Shown: piece by piece, positions 19,401-30,046 of the stretch | How the letters are laid out: the number at the start of each line of letters is the position of its first letter | Numbering within the stretch: the first letter of the stretch is position 1 | Assembly (NCBI GenBank): GCA_023205875.1 | Contig: CP060756.1 | Coordinates: 124,001 to 188,000 of the forward strand | Length of the DNA stretch: 64,000 bases | Source of the DNA: Chloropicon primus | Lineage: Eukaryota | Reading direction: 5' to 3' | Notes under the pieces: generated by a model | Databases searched by the model: none | Told to the model about the DNA's origin: nothing | What the model saw: only the letters and a program-made list of their open reading frames with translations | Translations under genes and position numbers: made by a program

Positions 19401-22253
19401 GCTCTCCTGCAGACAGTAGCAAGAGTGGGGAATAGCGTGGTTGGTATACTTGGACCCGAGTTCTCGCCAGGCAGATTTGCGTTCCAGAGGTCAAATTTGC
19501 TGATCGATGGAACGAAAGGCTCGAGTGATGATTATGGCTCCCAGCTCGAGCAGGTCTTGCATATACAGCAGCTGCTGTTGTTTGCCCCACACGTGTCTAC
19601 GATGTCTGTTCTGCTGGACACGCTCAAGCGGTTCATTAAGACTGGGCAGCCCGGGGTTCGACTCGCGGCGGTCACAACACTTAGACACGTCGCAGAGACA
19701 AACCCATTTGCTCTGGCGGCGGAAGGCATAGAGCACGATGTGATTGCAGCGCTCGATCACGAGAGCGAACCAAAAATACAATCGTTGCTGAAGAGAGTCT
19801 TTTGCGTGGTCATGGAAATTGGCTGTGAGGAGAATCCATCCAAGTGGATCCAGTTCTGCCAAAACATCGTTCTCAACGAGAGCTCGGGCGCTGGTGGAAT
19901 GGGTTCTGACTTCATGGACGACGATGAGGATGGAGAGGGCTTTGGCGGTGGGGACGATGACAATGCGGAGGCAACAGAAGCAACCGGAAGCTGCCTGGAA
20001 ACCCGAGCATTTGTCATGGAGTGCCTCTGCTCAGTCTTCAAGTGGGTTGCTGAGGACGCCAGGCACTGGGACATCCTGAAAGCAAATCAGAGTCCGGAAG
20101 GAGACTGGATGATTCTCCAATTGCAGAATCTGGTTAATTCTGGTTACAAGATCTGCACAGGAAACTTGCCCACCGTCCGGCCCAAGGGAATTCACTTGCT
20201 CAACTTGGCCGTGGGAAGGTTTGGGGATGAGGAGGATCCAGATTACGAAGGGCATCAGCTGATGGAGCAGTACCAGGCGCAACTTCTCTCTGCGCTGAGG
20301 TCCGCCTTTGAGAAGTCTGCCCTCCCAACCATGACAACTGTGGGCTTGGAGCTGGCAGCGAATCTGATAGAAAAGAATATTTTAGGCAGCGACCTTGGCA
20401 CGATGAAGAGGGTGGTCAGCTTGATGTGCAATTGCCTGGATTACTTGAAGCCGGGATACGAGAGTCACTACTCTGAGCAGATCATTGACAAGCTGAAGAT
20501 CGGCACCATCGAATCGTTGTCCAGGTTCTTTTGCTACTGCCTGAAGTCTGGAGACTCTGACCCCAACAAGGAAGTCAATGATTCTCTTATTAGCTCTCTG
20601 TCTAGCGAGGAAAGAGCACTTGTCTCGCAAGGATGCATCGATCTCGCGTCCGATTACCTTGCGAAGGCGCTCATGGGCAAAGATGGAAGAAAGTACACTT
20701 ACAATTGCAAGTTCATCTCTTCCTCCTTGATGAAGAAATCACCGAGTTTCCTGGAGACGGCGCGGAGCTTGAGCTGGCTGTCGTTGATTAACGCCTTCCT
20801 CTTGTCTTCTGATGTGGAGACGATCAAGAAGAATGAGGTCTTTGTGTGCTCAAGCATCGAATATGCTTTCAGCGAGATCTTTAGGAAGCCAGAGGGGGCA
20901 CAAGAGGGGATGGACGAGCTGATGAGCAATTGCTTGCAAATTGTCACTCACCTCTTTCAAACCTCGAAGAAGGTGGGTCATGTTCTCACCCCCGCAAACT
21001 GCTCGCGCGTGCTGCACATTTTGGACGTGCTGCTGCACAAGCAGAGGCTGGTGTGGAGCAATAACATACAGAAGATGTTCCTGGAATGTGTTGCCCTCGT
21101 GTTCGAAGGCTTCCCGTCGGACTACCTTTTCAACATGGAGCTGCGAAACAAGATGTGCAAGCTTGCCTGCAGATGCGTGGTAGAATTTTGTGAGCTCGGA
21201 AGGGGTATGAATGGCGCCGAGCAGGCAGTAAAGAGTGACGTTGCGGTAACTTGCTGCGCCAAGGTCTGGGAAGCTTTCCTTTCCTTGTCCTTGACATCCT
21301 TGGGCGCCGGGAACGTGGACTCCTTCAGGTACTGTTTGCAAAACATTCACTTTGTGTTCAACAACACCACGAGTGATTCCGTCAAGAAAGTCTTCGCGGG
21401 CCTCCTTCTCAAGGCAATTCAGGAGATCAAGAAGGACGCGTCGCCAAGCAAAGCGAAGACAGCATCCTGCGGGCTCAGCTTTGCTCTTTCCTTTGTGGAG
21501 AAGGCGAAGGAAAAGCAGTTTCCCACCTTGTACTCGGATTCCACCGTGATTGCTGCGACGTTGTGCCTGTCCATCGCCCAGCAGATCACAAAGATCGACT
21601 TTCACGTTGGTCCAGGCGGCGCGGATTCCAGCACCTCAACGATTTCTGGGTTTGACTTGACGAGGGACTTCTACTACCAGTGTCTGGAGCCGAAGTCCAG
21701 TCCGAAATTGCAGTATCTGTTGCTGCAGATTTGGAACAAAGACGTCTCTCAGAACCTCTCCAACCCGGAGAAAGGCTGGATCGTCTCGTTTGTCACGAAC
21801 TTTGCTCCTGCGGTGGCGCAAGCTGCATCTCATGCTATACAATCCATTGGCAAGGGTGTCGAGGAAGAGGCATACCTGAACCCGGCTGTGGAGGGCCTCA
21901 AATTCTTTGGCGTCTGCCTTCAAGCCTTCGCCAGCGAGGAGGAGAAGGAGGCCGTCAGCTCCCTCGCCTTCCCCCTGCTGTACTTGGCTCTGACCAGCGA
22001 GTCCACTTCGAGGACAGCCAAAGCGCTTGCGATGGCAGCAAACAAGCTCTTCAACCTCTTTGCATCCAAAAGCGCGGCCTCGGCAAAGGCGTACATCCAG
22101 AGTCTGCCCTTGGACAAGAGGCAGCTGCTGACAAAGGGTTTGCAGGAATCCAACGCCGCTGCGCAGCCGGTGGCACCCGCGAGGGGTGGCAGGCTCCAGC
22201 AGCCTGGAAGGATAAAGAAGCCCACTATCACCTTGAAGAGCTTTGGCAAGTGA
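16476..22253 (+). CDS. HEAT repeat-containing protein 5 (SWEETIE/Laa1-like)
   Basis: 1925-aa helical-repeat protein; DPDYEGHQLMEQYQAQLLSALRSAF and LQQLLLFAP-like motifs typical of HEATR5. Confidence 0.85.
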   Translation: MESCLGTLEGLAKGAPLSKKGASLDLPLQESLWDAVAAAKERAAGAEKEEIQQSQRKLEEVCLSFIRVGCGAPIASATAELLIHLYNRGDNIALYSCVGKLQDFLNGKEARNISDAGRASIMRCLGRLVDAFGTQLGSGFQESLTIAQKMYKSQSSVVRGEALLMLSSYVAVCTRDRFACQAQEASLKLAERGSRDKTENVRVAASRLLASVGFAGGQGLYTNGTAGFDEAVRVCLRGIEDPSNKVATAFSDALGQITSCTASTSAANAMKSCKEAKKPQLKQVLDNPSQILCMSFVKSVSEGRGRSCICITLALRKCFQDMKSLYHCGDEKLCFIVVQSLEMLNGLGKVSASVVPLAQACLVYFFHSGPLERLGNVSHVFLLGKLIKLMEKYKGKGTLPFQLGVLQCSRLLVQKLGSVEEEEAESLLKLFLVQLKSKSTHVLQQAVLAISALLFAYPKISESVILSYLEKLTSASSDPKASPSETLGCGLGLAAALSVVSKLELGIPERLIQRSYQFCELVCRAGSSAHASRAGYTILTSLLSIEDALDIPPMDFLKFFDLLKEDKKLVHKRWKSYKPTSLMEEFLCHSSALQTLEGFARNMMKDERMNSEILQHLSQILVQYLSLLLEAPIGGKPSEEFSSTIQQLQLSLIQAFSVLPAQASSSKCKQSFLKLCTVSFQVSDVNVPRSSLLRHLLNDTDSSLGPWHHGYDELEDELQAYEGSLYSPSLAFDKEEVLQKVFHYSLSTETALLDASIGLVRNLFAHLKWKEQKYFLESIVHSMKSSLNVGRSEKKRYHRDTIFTNSACALLGLVGELGKCRFKKENKAAVVNLLLPCAKILLEEGISEREYVRASAEIAAGVCDFGGENIAKSIVKSLCQESLSGCSAESLKGLILWLGAIGRSLGGIALTGLQDSMIKKLQQIVGSGIDETTQIWLLHSYWLIANASGPAFIPYVKQMLTIATQISILSTSHETALLQTVARVGNSVVGILGPEFSPGRFAFQRSNLLIDGTKGSSDDYGSQLEQVLHIQQLLLFAPHVSTMSVLLDTLKRFIKTGQPGVRLAAVTTLRHVAETNPFALAAEGIEHDVIAALDHESEPKIQSLLKRVFCVVMEIGCEENPSKWIQFCQNIVLNESSGAGGMGSDFMDDDEDGEGFGGGDDDNAEATEATGSCLETRAFVMECLCSVFKWVAEDARHWDILKANQSPEGDWMILQLQNLVNSGYKICTGNLPTVRPKGIHLLNLAVGRFGDEEDPDYEGHQLMEQYQAQLLSALRSAFEKSALPTMTTVGLELAANLIEKNILGSDLGTMKRVVSLMCNCLDYLKPGYESHYSEQIIDKLKIGTIESLSRFFCYCLKSGDSDPNKEVNDSLISSLSSEERALVSQGCIDLASDYLAKALMGKDGRKYTYNCKFISSSLMKKSPSFLETARSLSWLSLINAFLLSSDVETIKKNEVFVCSSIEYAFSEIFRKPEGAQEGMDELMSNCLQIVTHLFQTSKKVGHVLTPANCSRVLHILDVLLHKQRLVWSNNIQKMFLECVALVFEGFPSDYLFNMELRNKMCKLACRCVVEFCELGRGMNGAEQAVKSDVAVTCCAKVWEAFLSLSLTSLGAGNVDSFRYCLQNIHFVFNNTTSDSVKKVFAGLLLKAIQEIKKDASPSKAKTASCGLSFALSFVEKAKEKQFPTLYSDSTVIAATLCLSIAQQITKIDFHVGPGGADSSTSTISGFDLTRDFYYQCLEPKSSPKLQYLLLQIWNKDVSQNLSNPEKGWIVSFVTNFAPAVAQAASHAIQSIGKGVEEEAYLNPAVEGLKFFGVCLQAFASEEEKEAVSSLAFPLLYLALTSESTSRTAKALAMAANKLFNLFASKSAASAKAYIQSLPLDKRQLLTKGLQESNAAAQPVAPARGGRLQQPGRIKKPTITLKSFGK

Positions 22254-22366
22254 GGATGATTCGACGATCTTCTTCCTTCAGAGAGAATCGAGAGAGAGAG
22301 AGAGAAAACGTACTTGTAACAAAATGCAAACAGTGTTTATTTGTCCATCTACTCGTTTTGCCGCGC

Positions 22367-23152
22367 TCACAACTCGTCGTGGGTCTCCTGCCCACTGGCC
22401 TCCTCGCTCCTGACTGCGTGAAGTCCCGCAGTCTCTAAAAGCTTCTTGATCTTCTCAACCGGGACACCGCTCTTGTAAAGCTCGTCGGCCCAAGCAGAGA
22501 TCTTGTCGACTCCCTCCTTAGCCTTCGCCAGGTCCGCTGCGACGTCCTCGGCATTGGGGTTCACCTTCTCTAGAGCGCGCATGAGGCCTTCCTGCAAGTT
22601 CTTGGTCAACTCCTGGACGGTCTCGCTGCCCAAACCAAGCTCCTCCAGCTGCTCCTCGCTCAACTCCTTCTCCCCGGCGGGGTCGCCGGAGGAAGCCTGC
22701 TTTGCGGTCTCCTTTTGGATCATGGACTCGCCCAACTTGGCCGTGATGGGGGCGAGCTGCTCCTCGAGGCTCTTCTGCACCTTTTCCGCGGCCTCCGCCA
22801 GCTTGGTGGCGAAATCCTTCGCGTCGGCCCGGCCGAAGAGCTCCTTCACCTTCCTCGTGACCGCGGCGAACCCCGCGGAGACGTCAACGCCGTTATCCTT
22901 CAGGAAACCTCCGAGGTTTTGACCCGTCACCTCCAAATGGTCCTTGATCTTCCTCGTCGCACCCGCGATCTTCTCCAGCACGGTCTCTCCGTCCACCCAA
23001 GTCACCTTCACCTCCTCGAAAGCCTTAGCACGGTCCCCCGACGAGGCCGCCCTCGCCTTGTGCTTCTCCGAAGCCGGCGCCGCGGACGCAGCCAAAAGGA
23101 GGCCCAACAAAACAAACCCCAAAACAAGACCTCTCCTCGACATCTTTCCCAT
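22367..23152 (-). CDS. ER-resident helical protein (signal peptide plus C-terminal HDEL)
   Basis: MGKMSRRGLVLGFVLLGLLLAASA... ends QETHDEL*. Confidence 0.75.
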   Translation of the reverse strand: MGKMSRRGLVLGFVLLGLLLAASAAPASEKHKARAASSGDRAKAFEEVKVTWVDGETVLEKIAGATRKIKDHLEVTGQNLGGFLKDNGVDVSAGFAAVTRKVKELFGRADAKDFATKLAEAAEKVQKSLEEQLAPITAKLGESMIQKETAKQASSGDPAGEKELSEEQLEELGLGSETVQELTKNLQEGLMRALEKVNPNAEDVAADLAKAKEGVDKISAWADELYKSGVPVEKIKKLLETAGLHAVRSEEASGQETHDEL

Positions 23153-23295
23153 CTCTCGCCCCTTCGTCTTCGCCCCTCGCGTCCGCCGTCGACTCAGTAC
23201 CCCGCCCTCTGTCGTCCCTCGTCTCGAGCTCGACGAGGCGTTTTTGAATTTCCTGCTCAAAAAACCCTAAAATAGAAAAAAACGCTCCAAAATCA

Positions 23296-24207
23296 AAGAC
23301 GGGGAAGGCTCTTCCTCTGAGGACGGACCTGAGACGCGAAAGGTTGTTCAAGCAGATGCCTTGCTTCAGCTTGGATTGGTTCCAGTGGGTGTTCCACTCG
23401 TTCGAATGGAGGAGGACACCAAAGCGTCCGAAAGGCAGGGGCGGCGACCACTTGTACGGCGCTGACCTGATGTACCTCGCCGCTTTCCAGGGCAGCAAGA
23501 AGGTGATGAAGTGGTTGGAACGCCAGCGCCAAGGGATCCCCTTGAATGCCGTAATCCCCTTGAATGTCGGAATGTCGAGTAGTCGAATGTTCGCAGCTAC
23601 AGCAGCTGCGGGGGGAGGTCATATTGAGGTGCTGGAATGGTTGAAGCGCCGGGGATGTAAGTTCGATGGCCTGGCGCTGGAGTTTGCAGCTCAAGGAGGT
23701 CATCTTAAGGTTGTGCACTGGCTCCGAAGTCAGGATCCGCCTTGCCCTTGGGGCGAGTGGCCTTGTGAAAATGCAGCTTCGGGAGGTCACCTTCACGTTC
23801 TGCAGTGGCTTCGAAATCAAAATCCGCCCTGTCCTTGGGACGTGATGACTTGTGGTGTGGCAGCTGCAAGAGGTCACCTTGAAATTGTGCAGTGGGCTCG
23901 AAGCCAGGATCCGCCTTGCCCTTGGAACGAGTCGACTTGTGGTCTTGCAGCTCGAGGAGGTCACCTTCACATTCTCCAGTGGGCTCGAAGCCAGGATTCA
24001 CCTTGCCCCTGGGACGAGGACACTTGTCAATTTGCAGCTGAAGGAGGTCACCTTGATATTCTCAAGTGGTTTCGAAGCCAGGATCCGCCTTGCCTTGGGA
24101 ACATGTCAGGATGCATAAGAGCCGCGATGGGGGCGGGGCACGGGCACATCGTCGAGTGGATTGAGAAGTCGAGAAAGAGGCAGCAGCGGCGGGGGCGGCG
24201 GCGGTGA
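23296..24207 (+). CDS. Ankyrin-like repeat protein (AAxGGHLxxLxWxRSQDPPCPW type), apparently 5'-truncated
   Basis: About five 27-aa/81-bp repeats at ~23680-24100; reading frame open from a stop at 23245 but no ATG until 23356. Confidence 0.75.
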   Translation, partial: KTGKALPLRTDLRRERLFKQMPCFSLDWFQWVFHSFEWRRTPKRPKGRGGDHLYGADLMYLAAFQGSKKVMKWLERQRQGIPLNAVIPLNVGMSSSRMFAATAAAGGGHIEVLEWLKRRGCKFDGLALEFAAQGGHLKVVHWLRSQDPPCPWGEWPCENAASGGHLHVLQWLRNQNPPCPWDVMTCGVAAARGHLEIVQWARSQDPPCPWNESTCGLAARGGHLHILQWARSQDSPCPWDEDTCQFAAEGGHLDILKWFRSQDPPCLGNMSGCIRAAMGAGHGHIVEWIEKSRKRQQRRGRRR

Positions 24208-24446
24208 AGTTCAAGAACTAGTTCGCGTGATGATGATGCCCGGAAGGATGCATGCATCAACAACAACAAAAAAGAGGGTGTTTAATCCCAATAAAGCGAG
24301 TCCCCCGTCGCCTGCTTCTCATCCCACCCTTCCTCTTCCTTTCTCTTCAACTGCTGACATTACATTCACTAAAGCTAAAAGCAAGTTGTTACCATGATGA
24401 TGCTGCCTTCGTGTTGTTGCTTTTCCTTATTTATTTCACTCCAGGT

Positions 24447-26587
24447 TCAGGCCATTCTGACGATGCCGGCGTTGACTAGCTTTTGAATCTTGGCCATGAT
24501 GGTTGGGTTGGAGGCGTGCTGCTGGGCTGCCTTGGGGTTCTCCTGGAAGTCCTGCAAGACTTGCCTCATCACGGGATCCGATAGGATGCCTTGGATCTCG
24601 GGATCGGCCATGGCGTGGGCTTGCCTCTCCTTCTGCTCCTCCTCGCTCAGCATACCGGAGTTGCCCATGTTGATCTTCTGGATGCACTTCTGAAGGCCAG
24701 CCTTGAGCTCGTCGTTGTTCGCGTCCTGCTCCAGTCCCAGCTTGTAGGTCTCCATGGCCTTGTCGAACTCCTTCATGAAGAACTGCGCCGTTCCCTTGCG
24801 GCTGTAGCCCTTTGCGAAGTCAGGCTTCAGTTCTATGCACTTGTCAGCATCCTTGACCGCCTCGGGGAGGGCCCCAAGCTTCGTGTAGCAGGCGGACCTG
24901 TTGCTGTAGAGCTTGTAGGCCTCGTCGTTCCTGCTGGGAGGTCCTCTCTTGAGGGCCTCCGTGTAGCACTTGACGGCCTCAGGGAACTTGGACTCCTTGA
25001 AGAATCCGTTGCCCTTGTCCTTCTCCTCGTTGCAGAGGTCCATGTTGATGTACTCCTCCTCCTTCTTCAGCTTGATCTCCTTCTCCACGTCGTTCAAGCG
25101 CTTGAGGGTGTCAGCGTTCCTGTGCTCCGTGAGGGACTTTTTGTAAACCTTCATGGCCCCCTCGAGGTCTCCCTTCTTCCTCAGGGCGTTGCCCTTCCTT
25201 GTGAGCGCACGGGCGATCATCTTGTAATCTGCCCTGAGGGCGGGGCCCTTCTCGGCCGCAGTGTCACAGTCCTTGATGCACTCGTCATACTTGCCCATCT
25301 CAAAATAAACTGCAGCCCTGTTGGTGAGGTACGAAATGTCCTTGATGTCCAGCTCCATGGCCGTGGTGTAATGCTTCAGCGCGGTGTCAAAGTCCTTCTT
25401 CTTGTAAGCCGCATTTCCCAGCTGCTTCTCCGCCTGAGCCTTCTCCTTGGCGTCCTTCTCCGCTTTCTCGTCCGAGCTCAGCTCCGGCGTGGACTCGGGA
25501 ACAGGCTCTGGCTTCGCTGGCTTTGGCTCCGGCTCGGCAGGTGGTGGAGCGCAGCAATCGCCCCCAGAACAGCAGCCGCCCTCCTCTCCAGCATCTTCCT
25601 GCCCAGGCTGCTTGCCGGACATCGCGTTCAGGCACATGCTGAAGACCTGCATCATCCTGGGATCTTGCAGGTAGCTTTGCAACGTCGAGGGGTCATTCTG
25701 CACGTTCTGGATCATCTGCACAAACGACTGGTCTTGCAAGTACGAGGAAGTTTGTGGGTTGCTGGCGATCCAGCCCCAAAGGGCGGGGTTCTTGAACATG
25801 TTTCCAAGATTACCCAAGCCGTGCAAACCGCTGCCCATGGCCTTGATGTCGCTCTCGACACCCTTGAGGGCACTGGTGAGCTGCTCGTTCGTTGGGTCAA
25901 ACTCCAAACCTCTCTTGTACCAGTTTACCGCATCCTCAAGCTCCCCGAGTCCCACACTCGCCGCCCCAAGACGCGAGTAGCCCTTGGGCCAATCGGGCTT
26001 CAACTCAACCGTCTTCTTCGCGTCATCGAGGGCCTCCTTGAATCGTTTGCAGCTCGCCTTGATCGTTGGCGGCGGAGATATTTCGAGCCGAGTGGTCGCA
26101 ACAAAAAGGGAGAACGCTCAGTCAGTCACAGCTCGCGGTTTGCGACACACCCGCCCCTCCGCGTCGGCCAGCCGCCCCTCCACTCACCTTTGCCGCGGAC
26201 CTGTTGCTGTACAGGACATGGTTGTTGGGATCAACTTCAATCGCCTGGGAGAAGAAACTGATCGCTTCATCGAACTTTCCGTTCTTGAAAGCGTCGTTTC
26301 CTTGCGCCTGGGGCGCGCCACAGCAAGAAAGAGAACGTGTCAGTACAATCGTCCAGTGCCCACAGTCTAACGACGACGACCTCGCCCCTCGCACACACAA
26401 GCTCTCTCTTGGATCACTCCTCCTCCTCCTCCTCCTCCTCTTCATCACGTCGTCTAGAACGCGAGCGAGCGACGGAGGTCGAGAGAGTGGGGACGGGAGG
26501 TCGAGGCGGAGATAAGGTGGCGTCCCTCCCCCCTCCCCCTCCGACTCCCTCCGCTTTCGCCCTTACCTTGAGTTCCGTCGCAGACAT
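24447..26587 (-). CDS. STI1: Hsp70/Hsp90 organizing protein; exons 26587-26567, 26307-26188, 26057-24447
   Basis: Three TPR domains (YSNRSAA, KGYSRLG, YLTNRAAVY) and DP domains (MADPEIQGILSDPVMRQVL); in-frame GT-AG introns. Confidence 0.95.
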
Positions 26588-26979
26588 CGTCGTGGGGTGC
26601 CGTCCTCTCTCTCTCTAGTCTGTCTGTTTTCTCGATCGATCGGCCCTGCTGGAGGGAGGGAGGCAATGGAAGCGGCGAGAGGCGAGAGCGTGGGCGCGCG
26701 GAGGGAGGGAAGAGAGTCTCACTAGGTGAAGGGTTATCTCAAGAGCTTTCGGTCGACACCTCGGTGGACTGTTTTGGTGGGCGGAGTCCTCGAGAAAGTA
26801 CGAATCAGGAGGAGGGGGAAGACGGCGATGGTAGCCGCCTGGAGGGAGGGGAGGTAGCCAAACACGCGCGCACGGGAGAGGACAGAGGCGCAAGGGCGCG
26901 AGGCATTGGTCAGGCCTGGTGGGGTGGTACGCTGAGCGAGGGAGAGGGTGAGGGAGGGGAAGAGGGTGAGGGGAGAAGG

Positions 26980-29931
26980 ATGGGGAGCAAGACTCCTCCC
27001 CAGCCGAGAAAGGGGCTGCTGTATCAGCCCGAGAGGATCAGGAACATGTGTATCCTGGCGCACGTGGACCACGGGAAGACCACGCTGAGCGATTACTTGA
27101 TTGCTTCGAATGGTTACGTCCACCCGAAGCTCGCAGGGAAGCAGAGGTTTCTGGACTGGCGCGAGGAGGAGCAAACGAGGGGGATAACGATGAAGTCCTC
27201 GAGCATAGCTTTGCTCCACGTGCCACGGGGTGAGAACGGCGAGCCCTCCGAGTCGGAGAAGTTCATTGTCAATCTGATAGACTCGCCGGGACACGTGGAC
27301 TTCTGCAGCGAGGTGAGCAGCGCCGCGAGGTTGGCAGACGGGGCGCTCCTGGTGGTCGACGCCATCGAGGGCGTCTGCGTCCAGACTCACGCCGTGATTC
27401 GGCAAGCCCTCTCGGAAAAGGTGAAGCTGTGCCTGGTCATTAACAAGCTAGATAGGCTGATTGACGAGCTCAAATTCTCGACCCTAGAGACTTACGTGAG
27501 GCTTGTTACGATAATACACGACGTGAACAACGTTGTGAGCTCGTTTACTTCTGAGAAATACATCGAGAGCCAGGACGACGAGGACCCCCTTGTCTTCGAC
27601 GTTTCCAGGGAGATCGACGACGACAAGATGCTGTTCTCGCCCTCCAGGGGAAACGTGGCTTTTGCTTGCTCCCTGGAAGGCTGGGCCTTCAGGCTGAACG
27701 ACTTTGCAAAGCTTTATGCCAAAAAACTGAATTGCAATTCAGAGAGTCTGCAGAAGGCCCTTTGGGGCCCTTACACGTACAACGCCAAGACCAAGAAGGT
27801 CACGAAGATCAAGGCGTCCGAGGAGCACAAGAAGCCGATGTTTGTGCAGATGGTGCTGGACCCCATCTGGCAGAGCTACCAAATTTTGGAGCTGCAAGAC
27901 AACCACGCCACGGCGGTGCGGGACCTCTCCAGAAAGCTAGGGATCAGCATCCAAGAGAAAGAGATCCAAAGGCTAGAGCCCGTGAAGATGCTCCAGCTTC
28001 TCTTGTCGAGGTGGCTGCCGCTCTGCGACAGCGTCATGAGCATGGTGATAGAGCACCTGCCAAACACTCAGATGGGTGCGAAGGCGAGGTTCAACGCTCT
28101 TTTGAACACCCCCGGGGGGGAGCAAATGTCTTCGGAAATAGAGGAGACGATCTCAAAGTTCAGGTTTGAGCCGGAGGACGAGGAGACTGTGGGGTTCGTG
28201 TCCAAGATGATCGTTGTCCCAACGGCGTCCCTTCCCCAAGACTTTCAGAATTCTGATAGCGAGAACACCTACCTGGCGTTTGGTAGGATTTTCGCGGGGA
28301 CGCTCAAGGTTGGCCAGACAATCCACGTCTTGAGTCCAAAGTACTCTCCCCGCAGCCCTGACGAGGGGAGGCAGGAGGTTGTTGTGACAGGCCTCTTCCT
28401 GATGAAGGGGAGGGACATCGATGCCCTTCCAGCTGCTGGGGCTGGAAACATGGTTGCCATTGCCGGGTTGGGGGAGGCCATCCACAGGAGTGCAACCTTG
28501 TCGTCCACAACGAGAATGTATCCGTTCAGCCCCATGACCTACCAGTCGGCACCGATCCTGAGGAAAGCGGTGGAGCCAAAGAACCCGGCAGATTTGCAAG
28601 TTCTGACGAGGGGACTGAAGCTCCTGTACAAGGCCGATCCTTTTGTGGAAATAGAGTCTTCCAAGGAGGGCGAGCACATCATTTGCGCCGCCGGAGAGGT
28701 GCACATGGAGTCGTGCATCAAAGAGCTGACCGAGTCCTTTGCGAGGATTGAGATTCTGACCTCTCCCCCCCTCGTCACCTTCAAGGAGACGGTCAGGAAT
28801 GAAGTGTCCTTCCACAAGGGCCTTACGACCCAGAACGGGATGTGCTCGTTTGTGGTAAAAACTTCGTACGTGTCCGACGATGTGGCCAAGCTCATCATGG
28901 GGGACAAGCAGGGGCTAAGCGAGGCACTTTCCTCGGTCGGAAGGGAGGAGGCCGACCCCTCGCAAAAGCTTGAGACAGTGAAAGCTTTGGAAGAAATCCA
29001 ATCGTCAGGGGACTCCTCCCTGGAGGCCGGCAAAATCTGGTCCCTTGGCCCCGAGTACGTCGGCCCTAACCTGCTTTGCACGGGGAGCATTGTTTTGGTG
29101 TCTGGGGAGGAGGCTGGCGAAAAGGTGGTGGCGGGCTCGATAGGAAAGCCCTTGATTTCAGAAAAGCTTCGGATTTCTTCGCAAAAGGGCAATGACAAGG
29201 GGAGCGATCCAGGTTTCGCATCGCCACTGGGTGATGGCAGCGCCATGAAGGCCGTGTCCAGCATCTTGAGCACCCTTGAGGACGGCATCAAGTCCGCCTT
29301 TCAGATGGTCACGGCTGCGGGCCCCATGTGCGACGAGGCCCTGTACGGGGTGGTCTTCACCGTGGACGTGGAAGTGAATCAGCGGAAGCTCACGGAGTAC
29401 AGCGAGGGTGGGCTGGCGTCGACGAACTTTGGCCCGTTATCAGGCCAAGTCATATCCGCTTGCAAGGAGTCCCTCCGGGGGGCGATCATGACTTCCAGTC
29501 CCAGGCTGGTGGAGGCTTACTTGAGGTGTGATATTCTCACCTCCTCCACGGGTCTCGCGGGGACTTACGCCTCCATCGGCAGCAGGCAGGGGTACGTGGT
29601 CCGGGAGGACATGCGGGAGGGCAGCGACATCTTCTTGATCAAGGCTTTCCTCCCCCTGGCGGACTCGTTTGGTTTCGTGGACGAGCTCAGGAAGCGAAGC
29701 AGCGGGATCTCCTCCGCGACTCTGTCCTTCAGCCACTGGCGGTGCAACGAGGAGGACCCTTACTTCGTGCCCAAGACAGAGGAGGAGAGGGAGGAGCACG
29801 GGGAGATATCAGTGCTGAAGAACCGGTCGAGGAAGCTCCTGGACGGCGTCAGGAAGAGGAAAGGCCTCCTGGTGGAGGAGAAGCTCGTGGCGTCTGCAAC
29901 GAAGCAGAGAACGCTCGCCAAGAAAGTCTGA
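26980..29931 (+). CDS. EFL1: Elongation factor-like GTPase 1 (ribosome biogenesis, RIA1)
   Basis: RNMCILAHVDHGKTT, RGITMKSS, NLIDSPGHVDF, NKLD; C-terminal EEKLVASATKQRTL. Confidence 0.93.
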   Translation: MGSKTPPQPRKGLLYQPERIRNMCILAHVDHGKTTLSDYLIASNGYVHPKLAGKQRFLDWREEEQTRGITMKSSSIALLHVPRGENGEPSESEKFIVNLIDSPGHVDFCSEVSSAARLADGALLVVDAIEGVCVQTHAVIRQALSEKVKLCLVINKLDRLIDELKFSTLETYVRLVTIIHDVNNVVSSFTSEKYIESQDDEDPLVFDVSREIDDDKMLFSPSRGNVAFACSLEGWAFRLNDFAKLYAKKLNCNSESLQKALWGPYTYNAKTKKVTKIKASEEHKKPMFVQMVLDPIWQSYQILELQDNHATAVRDLSRKLGISIQEKEIQRLEPVKMLQLLLSRWLPLCDSVMSMVIEHLPNTQMGAKARFNALLNTPGGEQMSSEIEETISKFRFEPEDEETVGFVSKMIVVPTASLPQDFQNSDSENTYLAFGRIFAGTLKVGQTIHVLSPKYSPRSPDEGRQEVVVTGLFLMKGRDIDALPAAGAGNMVAIAGLGEAIHRSATLSSTTRMYPFSPMTYQSAPILRKAVEPKNPADLQVLTRGLKLLYKADPFVEIESSKEGEHIICAAGEVHMESCIKELTESFARIEILTSPPLVTFKETVRNEVSFHKGLTTQNGMCSFVVKTSYVSDDVAKLIMGDKQGLSEALSSVGREEADPSQKLETVKALEEIQSSGDSSLEAGKIWSLGPEYVGPNLLCTGSIVLVSGEEAGEKVVAGSIGKPLISEKLRISSQKGNDKGSDPGFASPLGDGSAMKAVSSILSTLEDGIKSAFQMVTAAGPMCDEALYGVVFTVDVEVNQRKLTEYSEGGLASTNFGPLSGQVISACKESLRGAIMTSSPRLVEAYLRCDILTSSTGLAGTYASIGSRQGYVVREDMREGSDIFLIKAFLPLADSFGFVDELRKRSSGISSATLSFSHWRCNEEDPYFVPKTEEEREEHGEISVLKNRSRKLLDGVRKRKGLLVEEKLVASATKQRTLAKKV

Positions 29932-30046
29932 GAGCACGCACGCACGCAAATATATGTATTATTGAATGGGGAGCCGCCTGCCGGCTGGCGAGAAGAGTTT
30001 TTGTGTAATGTACAGAGATCGAACTCGCAGGCAACAACGGTAGCAG

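Noticed and set aside
23680..24100. Regular repeats resembling a CRISPR array
   Set aside because: In-frame 81-bp protein repeats with no unique spacers and no cas genes
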